Notes under the pieces: generated by a model
What the model was told of the DNA's origin: nothing
The model's input: the letters and a program-made list of their open reading frames with translations, nothing else
Database searches by the model: none
IMG/VR virus record: IMGVR_UViG_3300045988_167837
DNA: 59,942 nt
Strand: one strand, 5' to 3'
Source: a virus
Taxonomy: Duplodnaviria > Heunggongvirae > Uroviricota > Caudoviricetes
Translations under genes and position numbers: made by a program
Shown here: positions 43,162 to 52,992 of the stretch, piece after piece
How the letters are laid out: every line of letters starts with the position of its first letter
Position numbering within the stretch: position 1 is the first letter of the stretch

Positions 43162-43892
43162 GCAGTCACCTCATCAATCTTCACGAACTCATACCCATTG
43201 GAGGCCAGCCAGTTCCGTTGGCGCTCCCAGCTCCATATCTCTTCACGCATTTCACTATGCAGGCGAATGTGGGCGTCTTCTGGAAGTGCTACAAGATTCC
43301 CAGGGGCGTTATCTATCGTATCGCGGTTAATATGGTGGACATGTTCATCGTCACGTAGCTCCCGACCGAGACGTTCTTTCGCTATCAATCGATGAACGTA
43401 TTCGTATTGCGAAACGCCATTGTTACCAACCAGCTGCATCATGTAGCCGTTGGTTTTTACGATGATGCCACCTTTGTAGTTGTTCGCTTCTTCTCCGATC
43501 TTTCCGCGTTTGGCAGCCGCCAGCTTTTCCTTCGTCTCCGCGCGGATTGTTCTGCCGGTTAGCTTTTTCGAAACGGTGGCCACTCGCTCATCGATATCAG
43601 CACGCAGACCGGCATTCCACGAGGTTTTCCCATACATAGGGTTGCCAGTGCCAGTCCGGGCTTCGGAGAGACGCTTCATACGTTCGTCATTATTTTTGTT
43701 TTTGCCACGATTCCAGGCTGGGGTAGCGGAGATCCGCGCGCTTCCGCGCCTGATCCCCCATTTGGCTAATAAGCGGTCAATATTTGCCTTGCTGCAACCA
43801 GCTTCGGCGGCAATGTCTTCTTTTCTCATCAGGTCAACCATGTAACGCTGACGTAACCATTCTTCTGTGATTTTGTACTTCGTACTCGGCAT
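43158..43892 (-). CDS. HNH homing endonuclease (with NUMOD-like motifs) located between the two dnaE fragments
   Basis: C-terminal HNH motif EYVHRLIAKERLG...EHVHHINRDTIDNAPGNLVALPEDAHIRLH; GNPMYGKT-type motifs. Confidence 0.8.
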   Translation of the reverse strand: MPSTKYKITEEWLRQRYMVDLMRKEDIAAEAGCSKANIDRLLAKWGIRRGSARISATPAWNRGKNKNNDERMKRLSEARTGTGNPMYGKTSWNAGLRADIDERVATVSKKLTGRTIRAETKEKLAAAKRGKIGEEANNYKGGIIVKTNGYMMQLVGNNGVSQYEYVHRLIAKERLGRELRDDEHVHHINRDTIDNAPGNLVALPEDAHIRLHSEMREEIWSWERQRNWLASNGYEFVKIDEVTA

Positions 43893-43907
43893 TTCTAAGA
43901 CTCACTA

Positions 43908-43920
43908 AACAAATTGTTTT
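43908..43920 (-). promoter_or_regulatory. conserved palindromic motif AAACAAATTGTTT (copy 4), upstream of HNH gene
   Basis: Variant of the AAACAA-N-TTGTTT palindrome between the dnaE N-fragment stop and the HNH start. Confidence 0.3.
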
Positions 43921-43940
43921 CTTATCTTATAAATTAATTC

Positions 43941-46304
43941 TCAAATATCGAAGCTCGTTATGTCGGCATTTATTGCCATTGCTTCGGCATAAGTGCGACG
44001 CTCACCATCAGCACAAAGTAGGCGTGCTGCTTTATGGATTTTTCTCGTAGAACCATCATCCAGTGACACTGTCACCCAGCCTTCCTCCGCTCGCTTAATG
44101 AAGTCGCCGCCAATGGATTTCATTTTCTCCATATCTTTTTTCCCGATCGCTTTCCTGACCGAGTCTGCTTCCGCCATTGAGAACCCCGCCAAGATTCGCG
44201 TAGCAGCCATGATCTGTTCCTGATAAATCAGAACTCCGTTTGTGTCGCGAGAGATGTCGTCCAGCATTGGGTGTAAGGAATGTGGGGCCATGAAGCCTTT
44301 GGCCACGGACACATAATCGTCCAACATGCCGGATTGAATCGGGCCAGGTCGGAAGAGCGCAGTTGTAGCGACGACCGTTTTAAAGCTCATTGGCTCAATT
44401 CCACCACCTAAATCTTTAAGCAGCTTGCGCATTGGGCCTGATTCAAGCTGGAATACGCCCTGTGTATACCCTGCAGCAAAACCATCCAGCACCTTGCGAT
44501 CTTCAAGAGAAATGGCATCAAGATTGATATCTTCACCTGTGTTCTCTTTTATGTAGCGTTTTGCACTATCGAGCAAATCGAGAGTTGCCAGGCCAAGCAC
44601 GTCCAGCTTAATTAGGCCCATAGCCTCGCAGTAACGCTTGTCAAATGCGATACAACGCGCGTCACCACGGCGTTCAACCGGTGTACGTTCTGTCAGAGGA
44701 ACACCTGCTACGATCATCCCTGCCGCATGTCTACCAAAGCCACGCATAAGGCTTTGTAACTTGCAGGCTGCATTGAATGCATCAGGATATTTTGTTGCGT
44801 ATTTGTCGAGACTTGCCAGTTGTTCGCGCAGCTCTTCCAATGGAAGGCTATCATCCTCGACGTTCTTCAGTTCTTTTGATACCGCCATATCTGCGGACTC
44901 CACACCATAAATACGAGCGGTGTCACGTAGTGCAGAGGCTGCGCCCAGGTAGGTGAAGTTCGGAATGCCTGCAACGTAATCTTCGCCGTAGCGTTCATTC
45001 AGATACTCGATCACCTCATGGCGACGTGCCTGGCTGAAGTCCAAGTCCGCATCCGGCAAGTCGAGACGCTCAGGGTTGATGAAACGCTCAAACAGAAGAC
45101 CGTGACGGATTGGGTCGACGTTGGTTATGCCTATGCACCACGCCACCAGAGAACCGGCAGAGGAACCACGACCAGGCCCGACAGGAATGCCAGTTTCACG
45201 GCTGTGATTCATCAGATCGCGTACCATCAGGAAGTAACCACAAAATCCCAGGCGAGTAAGCGTGTCCATTTCGTACTTAAGTCGCTCAACATAAACCCTG
45301 TTCTCAGAAGCAGGTGGTGTGTATCCAAACTCTTTTGTGGTAAGACGTTTACGCAGCCCTGCAACAGCCAGTTTCATCAGCGTTGCAGGTTCGTCGTCTG
45401 CCATCTTGGGCAGTGCTGGTGGCAATTCATGCCAGCGCCATGTGCAGGCATCGATAATGGAGTCCTGCGTTGTTGAGGCCATTGCAGCTGTTACCGGCAC
45501 ATCCATGCGAACGGAGAAGGCTTTAAGCGCCTCAAGGAGATGGCGACGACCATTGATGGCGTTATCTCGCTGGTGGGGGATACGCAGACGATGCGGCTGG
45601 TCGATTTTTATGTTGTTCGTAACCATGTGCGCAATGTCTTTAATGTCTGCATCGTCGATCGATTCGTAATAAGCGGGATAGAACGCTACTGGCTCTATTT
45701 TCAGTGCGCTGGCGACTTTCATCGCCCGGACGTTAATCTGGTCGTAGAATGGGGTAGGGTGCGGATAAACCACACTATAGAAGTTGTCTTTTCCACCCGC
45801 TGTAATCAGTGTGCTTATGATTTTTGCAAAATCGTTGCGTTGGAACACGCTACCGATGTCGGAAGTAAGCAGGATGATGTTGCCTTTGGCATATGTAGAA
45901 ACCAACTGTTCGAGCGAGAGACGCGGTACAAAGTAGAACTGTTCTCGTGTGTTGGCCGCCGTCATTAGTTCGCAGATGTCGCGATATCCTTTCTCATTTT
46001 TAATTAGAGCGGTAAACGAGTAGTTACGTCCTCGCTCTAATGATTCCATACATCTCATAGATTCTTTAGCAAGTTTAGCCCGGTGCTCGTATGTGGGATC
46101 ATCAACAATGTTTAGTTTCACACCACAAATAACCGCCATGTCGTCACCAGCGGCACGTTGTAGTGGAATAACGCTCGCAATATTCATGCTATCTGCTGAA
46201 ATTACAGCGGTGTAGCCAGCTTCTCTGGCAATCTTCACCGCGTTTTCTGCTTTTAGAGCCGACTCCCCAAGTGAGAAGTCAGTTCGAACCATCAGTGCCT
46301 TCAT
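43941..46304 (-). CDS. dnaE: DNA polymerase III alpha (DnaE-type), N-terminal fragment (PHP domain and polymerase core)
   Basis: GPGRGSSAGSLVAWCIGITNVDP, LDLPDADLDF, IYQEQIM motifs; homology ends near ...KRAEEG, followed by a 45-aa non-homologous tail. Confidence 0.85.
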   Translation of the reverse strand: MKALMVRTDFSLGESALKAENAVKIAREAGYTAVISADSMNIASVIPLQRAAGDDMAVICGVKLNIVDDPTYEHRAKLAKESMRCMESLERGRNYSFTALIKNEKGYRDICELMTAANTREQFYFVPRLSLEQLVSTYAKGNIILLTSDIGSVFQRNDFAKIISTLITAGGKDNFYSVVYPHPTPFYDQINVRAMKVASALKIEPVAFYPAYYESIDDADIKDIAHMVTNNIKIDQPHRLRIPHQRDNAINGRRHLLEALKAFSVRMDVPVTAAMASTTQDSIIDACTWRWHELPPALPKMADDEPATLMKLAVAGLRKRLTTKEFGYTPPASENRVYVERLKYEMDTLTRLGFCGYFLMVRDLMNHSRETGIPVGPGRGSSAGSLVAWCIGITNVDPIRHGLLFERFINPERLDLPDADLDFSQARRHEVIEYLNERYGEDYVAGIPNFTYLGAASALRDTARIYGVESADMAVSKELKNVEDDSLPLEELREQLASLDKYATKYPDAFNAACKLQSLMRGFGRHAAGMIVAGVPLTERTPVERRGDARCIAFDKRYCEAMGLIKLDVLGLATLDLLDSAKRYIKENTGEDINLDAISLEDRKVLDGFAAGYTQGVFQLESGPMRKLLKDLGGGIEPMSFKTVVATTALFRPGPIQSGMLDDYVSVAKGFMAPHSLHPMLDDISRDTNGVLIYQEQIMAATRILAGFSMAEADSVRKAIGKKDMEKMKSIGGDFIKRAEEGWVTVSLDDGSTRKIHKAARLLCADGERRTYAEAMAINADITSFDI

Positions 46305-46482
46305 GTGTTTTTACCTTTCTGGTTTTTTTGATTTTGTCATTGGGGAAGCCTACGAACTTCCCATGCATCGAAATCGCAACTTCTTTTGCTGATTGGTGAC
46401 AATCGGGCTTGTCTGGACACACCAGACAAGCCTTACCTGTTTCAGAAGCAGCGATAAGAGAGCCGAAACATCCTTTACGCAC
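46279..46482 (-). CDS. small Cys-rich protein (67 aa), hypothetical
   Basis: ORF in cobS-dnaE gap, overlaps dnaE start by 26 nt. Confidence 0.25.
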   Translation of the reverse strand: MRKGCFGSLIAASETGKACLVCPDKPDCHQSAKEVAISMHGKFVGFPNDKIKKTRKVKTHEGTDGSN

Positions 46483-46484
46483 GA

Positions 46485-47720
46485 TTAACCAAATATTTTT
46501 TGAACAACTTCACGAGCCGCTTGTGCAGAAGCTGAAGGGAGTTTGTTAATGAAAGAACGCTCAATACCTGTCACAAAGTCGCCTCGCATCATTCCAATCT
46601 TGGCTGACAACAAAAGTTCACGAGGGCCAATTGGCTGACTAATAAGGTGTTCTTCGTATCCATCGCGAACGATACCGGCAAACTTAACCATCTTTTCAGC
46701 GTATTCATCCACGATGCCTGCATTTGTCAACATGTTGATCTCTGCGTCTTTGCTCATGTATTTCACATTCGAAACGATGCCAAAACGCGAAAAGTTCGCG
46801 GCGTTCTGGATGTTTGTACCCTGGTACAAGCCGGTTTCATCACCAGATCCGTTCGTGTTGCCAGTGCCAATGAAAGCAAACCGTTCATGCGGAGTAATGC
46901 GACGCCATTCTGGAGTTGCCTCTTTGATGACCAACGCTTCACCTTCCAGCACTGGCTGATACACGCCAAGAATTTGTGGAAACGCAAAGTCGTATTCATC
47001 CGCGAGGTAAACCCAGCCATGCTTCATTGCGAGCGCAAGCAAGCCAGGTTCGAAATACGTAGAGCCATCACGCGCCAGAATTTGCCCCGTAACATGTGCC
47101 TCTTCCATTGATGCTGTATGTTGGGCACGGATCAACGGACGATTGAGCAAAGCACATAGCTGTGTAGGCAATGACGATTTGCCTGTTCCTGCATGACCCC
47201 ACAAATAGCCAGGTATGCCAAGTTCAAGCATCATGAAAATATCTTTGATCAGTTCGAAGTCGCCATATACGTAGCCCTTCTTCACTTCTGGAACGAACTC
47301 TGGATACGGCGTATTGACGTTGACGCTAACCATGAGCGGCGTCCCACGTTTTGTTCCGAGTTCTTCCACCGTTACGTTTAGCAGTTCGTGAGCTGCGACC
47401 AGATCTGTCTTGTACTCAACTGTGCCTGTGTAGCCAGGGCTACTGGTCAAGACAGAAGATTTGGCCATTTCGCTTTTTTGCTCGGCACGTTTAGCTTGAA
47501 TTGCATCAAGTGCCTTTTTCGATAGCGTTGGTTCATCTGGAAACTGCGTTGTGTACATTTTCAGTACGGTGTCAGGATCGGCATCTTTTACTGACTCAGG
47601 AATGCCCTCGCAATTACCATTGGCTACATGGGACTTAAAATAGTGAAATGATTTGCCGCACCACTTGCAAACAAGGTAATCAGAAGGATTTTTTTCATTT
47701 TGCAGTGCAGTAGTCGTCAT
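46485..47720 (-). CDS. cobS: AAA+ ATPase, CobS/MoxR-like
   Basis: Walker A GHAGTGKSS, Walker B YLADEYDF; paired with vWA-domain gene. Confidence 0.7.
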   Translation of the reverse strand: MTTTALQNEKNPSDYLVCKWCGKSFHYFKSHVANGNCEGIPESVKDADPDTVLKMYTTQFPDEPTLSKKALDAIQAKRAEQKSEMAKSSVLTSSPGYTGTVEYKTDLVAAHELLNVTVEELGTKRGTPLMVSVNVNTPYPEFVPEVKKGYVYGDFELIKDIFMMLELGIPGYLWGHAGTGKSSLPTQLCALLNRPLIRAQHTASMEEAHVTGQILARDGSTYFEPGLLALAMKHGWVYLADEYDFAFPQILGVYQPVLEGEALVIKEATPEWRRITPHERFAFIGTGNTNGSGDETGLYQGTNIQNAANFSRFGIVSNVKYMSKDAEINMLTNAGIVDEYAEKMVKFAGIVRDGYEEHLISQPIGPRELLLSAKIGMMRGDFVTGIERSFINKLPSASAQAAREVVQKIFG

Positions 47721-47815
47721 GCGTTTTTCCTTTGTTCTCTAATGAGCGTTCAACTTCTTATATAAATATATCATTATATATCGTAAGTGGTTACTTATCG
47801 TTAAGGCTGTTTTGT

Positions 47816-49924
47816 TCACTTTAAAATGATACGAGATAGTTCAGTAACTACAGATGAACCAAGACTATCAACGCTCGTTACCAGGGCATGATTTGAGTAA
47901 AATCTCTCCGGTGCGTCAGTCATGATGCCAATTGCCATCAAATCAATATCAGTCTGCGTTTCAATTTGCTTCGCAACTGAACGCAAATGAGCGTCAAAAC
48001 CTCTCCCAACAGCCCACGGCGCGCCATCACTCAGAACAAGCATGATCTTCCTGTCCTCCATGCGACCGGAAAATAACGATGCAAGGCTGGCTATGCTTTC
48101 ACCATCCACGTTATTAAGAAGTGGGAATGTGTAGCCTACGCACCCCATACGTGAGCGAACTTCGCGAGAATTTACCTTTTCATTCCAATTTTTGATGATA
48201 GGTAGCATTAAAGATTCAAAGCGAGAGAACTCATACTTGACAGCCTTAAGTTCTCCTGCCGCCATATGACTACCAAATGTAGTGAAGCCGGTGATAATGT
48301 TGGGAACATTTATTCGATCAAGGGCATCGGCGATGGTATATGCACTTGCAAGAGCCAGTTTAATCGTTATACCACTCATTGAACCTGATAAATCAATCAC
48401 TTGTTGAACACAGGCGTTAACGGCTTTAGATTCTTCTTTTTTACGAAACACGCGAGCATCATTCATTGCTAATCTGTAGATACTAGAACCATGAATGCGC
48501 CCCCGACGCTGGCCCGGTATAAACTGAACTCTGTTTCTGCTTGCTATTGCTCGCTCCAGGTCTTTTGCCAGCGTCGACGAAACACCTGACGAAAGATGCT
48601 TTTCAATATATTTGTCGAAGAGCTGGTTGCCTTCAGGAACGATGCGATAGCGGCTGATTGGATATCCTCCCAAATCAATATCGGAGAATGTTTTAATAAG
48701 CCGTTTGATATGGGCTTCTGCCTGATCAATCGAGCCGATGAAGTCGTATGAGCGATTGTATGGCCTGTATTCGCTTTTCGAGCTTTCTGTTAACTCGCTT
48801 TTAATCGTTTCGGATAGAGCATCTTCTGTCATGCCTCCGACTTCATCTTCTATGCTATCCAGCTCCTCTAAAGCCTCTTCCAGACTCATTTTTGACGGAG
48901 TTGGGATATCTGAAGAGCCATCTTCTGTCGTTTTTCTTTTTTCGTGGTCAGCGGTTAATGATTCTGACGCCGCGTTATCAGAAGCATCAGAATCTGATAC
49001 CTCTTTATCATTTTCTGTATCATCGAATATTGTTTCTGATGATTCAGAATTATCTGAATCATCACTGTCGCTATTATCATGTTTGTACTTACTATGTGAT
49101 TCTGATTTGATAGATTTGTGATTATCTAACACTGAGGGTGTCTCATGATCTTCGTTGTCTTCATTGTTTTCTCCAGAGGCATCCGTCTGGTCAGCGTCTG
49201 AAGGATCGGAAGTTTTTCCCGGAGCTGACTCCTTACCTTTGCTTTCACTTTCAGTGTCTTTGAGGATCTTAGCTATGGTCGCAGCCACCTTTACACAATC
49301 CTCGGTGCAAGACATGTTACGCACGGCCACATCGATACCATGTTCTTTTAATAATGAAATTGGTTTCTCAATGACAGGCCAATGTTCATCCATGAAATCT
49401 ACGAACGGTGCTTGGCCATCCCAGGCTCTTACAACCGGACAGAGAAAGAAGTTTAGAAAAAGCGCGCGCTGATCTTTGCCACAATAAGCAATAGCCTCTG
49501 AAGCCTTTGGTTTAAAGACTTTTTCGATTATAAGGCGCTGAGTTGCCATCAGATTACGTCTTGTTCCGTTAAAGACCTGACCCATTTTTCGCTCGATGAA
49601 CACGTCTTCTAAGGCATTCCATAGCGACCAGGAAGGAACGCGTCCTTTTTCTCTCATTTTGTTGGACACACGAATATCGGTAAACAAAATGTGAGCAACC
49701 TCATGATCGAGAAATCCGCGCACAGCATTCATCAATGCCGGTGTTGCGTTATCCGGGATTGATGGGATGTTTACGAAAATTGGCTCTCCATCATCGTTAT
49801 AGCGTACATAAGCGTCGTCCCCTCGTTCTGCAACAGGGATGTTTTTACCTGAAAGGAGAGCGACTACTCGTTTTACACTGTCACGGAAGTCCTGAACCTC
49901 TTTGATGGAACGTTTTTTAGACAT
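47816..49924 (-). CDS. cobT: CobT-like protein with C-terminal von Willebrand factor A domain and acidic Ser/Asp-rich central region
   Basis: MIDAS-like VIDLSGSMSG motif; long D/E/S low-complexity linker; partner of cobS-like ATPase. Confidence 0.65.
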   Translation of the reverse strand: MSKKRSIKEVQDFRDSVKRVVALLSGKNIPVAERGDDAYVRYNDDGEPIFVNIPSIPDNATPALMNAVRGFLDHEVAHILFTDIRVSNKMREKGRVPSWSLWNALEDVFIERKMGQVFNGTRRNLMATQRLIIEKVFKPKASEAIAYCGKDQRALFLNFFLCPVVRAWDGQAPFVDFMDEHWPVIEKPISLLKEHGIDVAVRNMSCTEDCVKVAATIAKILKDTESESKGKESAPGKTSDPSDADQTDASGENNEDNEDHETPSVLDNHKSIKSESHSKYKHDNSDSDDSDNSESSETIFDDTENDKEVSDSDASDNAASESLTADHEKRKTTEDGSSDIPTPSKMSLEEALEELDSIEDEVGGMTEDALSETIKSELTESSKSEYRPYNRSYDFIGSIDQAEAHIKRLIKTFSDIDLGGYPISRYRIVPEGNQLFDKYIEKHLSSGVSSTLAKDLERAIASRNRVQFIPGQRRGRIHGSSIYRLAMNDARVFRKKEESKAVNACVQQVIDLSGSMSGITIKLALASAYTIADALDRINVPNIITGFTTFGSHMAAGELKAVKYEFSRFESLMLPIIKNWNEKVNSREVRSRMGCVGYTFPLLNNVDGESIASLASLFSGRMEDRKIMLVLSDGAPWAVGRGFDAHLRSVAKQIETQTDIDLMAIGIMTDAPERFYSNHALVTSVDSLGSSVVTELSRIILK

Positions 49925-50022
49925 GGCTAATCCTTTGTTATGAAAACAAATTATTTACTAGTGTGTTTAATGTAGCACTGCGCGAACAGGGAACTAAGCC
50001 ATTCGCGCAGGGAGAAGAGGGG

Positions 50023-50235
50023 TTAACAGATTCTGACGGCTAAAGACCCGGAGCCGATATTGAGAAGCGTGAAGCGTTTGTTGTTAAGTTCGAATATAAA
50101 GCCAGTTGTGTCATTCACACCAACCTGAATCTGCTCATTCGGTAGATCGGTGAGGATGTCAGCTACACACTCATCAGCTAATTTCTGTACGTGTCCGATC
50201 TCAAGAGCGATTAGGCTGGAAATAGTGGTGTTCAT
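50023..50235 (-). CDS. hypothetical protein (70 aa)
   Basis: Short ORF, no motif. Confidence 0.3.
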   Translation of the reverse strand: MNTTISSLIALEIGHVQKLADECVADILTDLPNEQIQVGVNDTTGFIFELNNKRFTLLNIGSGSLAVRIC

Positions 50236-50412
50236 TCAATCAATCCATTCTAACTTATACTATGGTAAGGAATACTACTAAAATTTATATCAATACTGAA
50301 TACATTCATATCATATGCAAGTTAATTTTCTTACCTGTTTTGGGCTAATTTTTCTCCGTGCAATGGCCTTTAACCGGTCTTTTAAGTGCCTATCGAAAAA
50401 AATGATAATAGC

Positions 50413-50455
50413 TTTACAACCCTAACCTTTGATGTAATATCGGTAAGCACTTACC
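50413..50455 (+). promoter_or_regulatory. sigma70-like promoter (TTTACA-16-TAATAT) with adjacent palindrome GGTAAGCACTTACC
   Basis: Consensus-like -35/-10 hexamers about 45 nt upstream of the HTH gene ATG; inverted repeat over predicted start region suggests an operator. Confidence 0.4.
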
Positions 50456-50486
50456 AGAGAGAATTGAACGCGCAAAGGTTGTAACA

Positions 50487-50873
50487 ATGTCTGACAACAA
50501 GATTGAATTTATAGAAAGTCGCTATGCTGCTTTTATCGCAGGGCTGATTGAATCCTCACCTATGAGTCAGGCCCAAATAGCCAGACTTATTGGTTATAAA
50601 AATGCCAACAACCTTTCTTTAATTAAAAGTGGCAAAATTCCTTTGCCTATCGATAAGGTTCGTCCGTTGGCGCTGGCGCTGGGTATTGAGCCAAGTCGTC
50701 TTATGATGATGGTGCTGGAAGAACGCCAACCTGAACTCGCAGCATTTTTATACAAAGAAGGCACCGCTCCTCTTAACGAGGACGAAAAACAGGTTCTTGC
50801 TGCATATAACGAGCGATTCGGTAAAGAGAAAGGCGCATCACAAAAGGTTGTTGAGGCCATAAAGTCTCTATGA
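50487..50873 (+). CDS. putative helix-turn-helix transcriptional regulator
   Basis: 128 aa; SQAQIARLIGYKNANNLSLIKSGK resembles an XRE/Cro-type HTH. Confidence 0.5.
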   Translation: MSDNKIEFIESRYAAFIAGLIESSPMSQAQIARLIGYKNANNLSLIKSGKIPLPIDKVRPLALALGIEPSRLMMMVLEERQPELAAFLYKEGTAPLNEDEKQVLAAYNERFGKEKGASQKVVEAIKSL

Positions 50874-51971
50874 AAAATTTACACGAATAAGCTCTGTTGA
50901 TAGACGATCTCCCTTGAATTTGTGGTCAATTTCGTCTAAATCCGGTTGCTCTACGATTGATGCGATGTACGTCGAGAAACTTTCTAAGGCGTCTCGCATC
51001 TCGTCCATATAATCGTGCCGGTCGTAGACTCGATCTATCCCCTCAAGACTGTGGTTCATGATTTTGCGTGATACCTCCTGGCTTATGCCTAATGCTGGGA
51101 AGTAACTACGCGCAGTGCGGCGCAAGTCTCGGGGTGTAAATGGCTCAAGCTCCATCAGTTCTGGTCGTTCCAGAATACGACGTAATGCCTGGGCTATTGC
51201 CACTTTAGACATAGGAAGGTCTTTCCCGATTTTTTTATTCGAAGGCACGAGCCACTGGCTGCCTTTACCGTATTCGAACAACTCTTCAATGCATGTGCGC
51301 ATTAATGAGCTTAAAGGCAGAGAATGCTCACGGGCAGATTTGTTCCTCTTGCCTTGATTCCAAACCCCACGCTTAAGATTGAACTCACTTTTTTTAGCCC
51401 GCAGTACTTCGTCAGGTCGTCTTGCGGATACAAGACATAGCCTGGCCGCCCATTTTGTACCAGCACACACATTGAAGTAGTCCCATATATTCCAGAACAC
51501 CCATACCTCTGCGTCGGTTAGCTTCCGCTCGCGAGGTGTGGGCTTTGCGCCACCGGCAACTTTGTTAAGTGACATATCGTTTAACGGTGACACGTCGATC
51601 ATCCCCTGGAAGGCGCACCAGCTGAGGAACTGCTTCATCAGAGAGAAAACGCGGCGACCCATAACAATTTTGCCATCCAGTATTAGTGGGTTGACCAGTT
51701 GGTTCACCATGAACCTATTAATATCACTTACTTTTACATCGGCAATGTGCGGCAAAACATGTATCAAAATACAATGAACAGCGATCTCTGGCCGACGTCT
51801 TGTTATCAGCAGAGATAAGCGAGTGAATAACATGAATGCGTCCGAGAATCTCATGTCATTGCTGACCTGGGAGATCATAACGGCCTGCATTTGAGATGCT
51901 CTTTCGAGATACTCAATCGCCTCTTTTGAGGTGTTCTCCGCAGCGCGTGCTCTGTCAAAGCTATTTTTCAT
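50868..51971 (-). CDS. tyrosine recombinase / integrase
   Basis: C-terminal catalytic region with R...HDLRRT...RVYDRHDY-type R-H-R-Y residues. Confidence 0.75.
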   Translation of the reverse strand: MKNSFDRARAAENTSKEAIEYLERASQMQAVMISQVSNDMRFSDAFMLFTRLSLLITRRRPEIAVHCILIHVLPHIADVKVSDINRFMVNQLVNPLILDGKIVMGRRVFSLMKQFLSWCAFQGMIDVSPLNDMSLNKVAGGAKPTPRERKLTDAEVWVFWNIWDYFNVCAGTKWAARLCLVSARRPDEVLRAKKSEFNLKRGVWNQGKRNKSAREHSLPLSSLMRTCIEELFEYGKGSQWLVPSNKKIGKDLPMSKVAIAQALRRILERPELMELEPFTPRDLRRTARSYFPALGISQEVSRKIMNHSLEGIDRVYDRHDYMDEMRDALESFSTYIASIVEQPDLDEIDHKFKGDRLSTELIRVNFS

Positions 51972-52221
51972 ATGACAATCACCGAGTTACGCCGATGCAC
52001 TGTATAAGTAAACAGTATATTAGGCATAGATTCTTATAGGATCAAGAGTAAAAGTAACTCATTTTCAGTAATGATTCCATACATAGTAGGTATGGAATCA
52101 TTGTAGGCCTTTTTTATAAAATCTGTGATTCTTCTCAGGATAAATTATCTAAACTAAAAATTGTGTTTTGTGTTGGCATCTGCTTGAATAGACGCATGTT
52201 TATTCAGATATGGAATAATCA

Positions 52222-52758
52222 GTGAACAACCAAATTCATTGGGACTACCCATTCTCAGAAGAATTCGGCAGTGGGATGGTACACAGACAATTCACTGTGG
52301 GAAGCACTATTTATGCCGTTGGGTTTGAACAAATATTGACGATGGATGATTTCACACGTAAGGGAGTTGATATCCTAAATGTACATCCAACATTCCGGTT
52401 TCCTCTGAGTGGTGTATGGGGAGTGATTTTTGACGAAATTGACCCTGTAGAAATGGATTTCAAAGGATTTCGGCATATCCAACATCAAGGCTTGGCAGGT
52501 GGTCAAGTGCTTTTGAATGTTGCAAGTATAATCTTTGACCATTATACTGTTTGTAACGCAGGAGCTTATGTCTTCTCCGCCGCAGACGACCATCAGCATT
52601 TACGCAGAACTGACTTGGTAGACATTTACTGTAAGATACTAGGTCTAAATGGAAAACGTAAAAGTAGATTGTTCGCCAATGGTTTTCCTGGATGGGAGGC
52701 ATACTGTGATGTACCAACAGGAGGAAGAGGCTATGTCGTCACGACTGAAAGTTATTAA
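52222..52758 (+). CDS. hypothetical protein (178 aa)
   Basis: Plus-strand ORF amid minus-strand genes. Confidence 0.45.
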   Translation: MNNQIHWDYPFSEEFGSGMVHRQFTVGSTIYAVGFEQILTMDDFTRKGVDILNVHPTFRFPLSGVWGVIFDEIDPVEMDFKGFRHIQHQGLAGGQVLLNVASIIFDHYTVCNAGAYVFSAADDHQHLRRTDLVDIYCKILGLNGKRKSRLFANGFPGWEAYCDVPTGGRGYVVTTESY

Positions 52759-52960
52759 TTATTACCCCACCTCTGCAGAACGTTTGAGCCTTGAAATGGG
52801 CGAAAGACTACAGAAAGCTGCTGGTCAGGATTTAAAGAACAAGTTGGGTTCAGGGGAAATTAAACTGATTAACGGTAAATATGTAGGTGAAAGCCTGAAA
52901 GTTAATAGCACCTCTATGCTAAAAGCGCGGTTGCGTAAAGCGTATATCTCCGCTAAATGA
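52733..52960 (+). CDS. hypothetical small basic protein (75 aa)
   Basis: ATG at 52733 preceded by AGGAGGAAGAGG RBS; overlaps upstream ORF end; followed by bidirectional terminator. Confidence 0.4.
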   Translation: MSSRLKVINYYPTSAERLSLEMGERLQKAAGQDLKNKLGSGEIKLINGKYVGESLKVNSTSMLKARLRKAYISAK

Positions 52961-52992
52961 AAAGGCCTATATGGGCCTTTTCATTTTTATAG
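52961..52992. terminator. bidirectional rho-independent terminator
   Basis: AAAGGCC-TATATG-GGCCTTT hairpin with T-runs on both sides, between convergent genes. Confidence 0.6.

Noticed and set aside
41992-46304. Split dnaE as a naturally split intein pair
   Set aside because: The N-fragment tail does not start with Cys/Ser at the homology break and the C-fragment head lacks a terminal His-Asn followed by Cys/Ser/Thr; the fragments are separated by a complete HNH gene.
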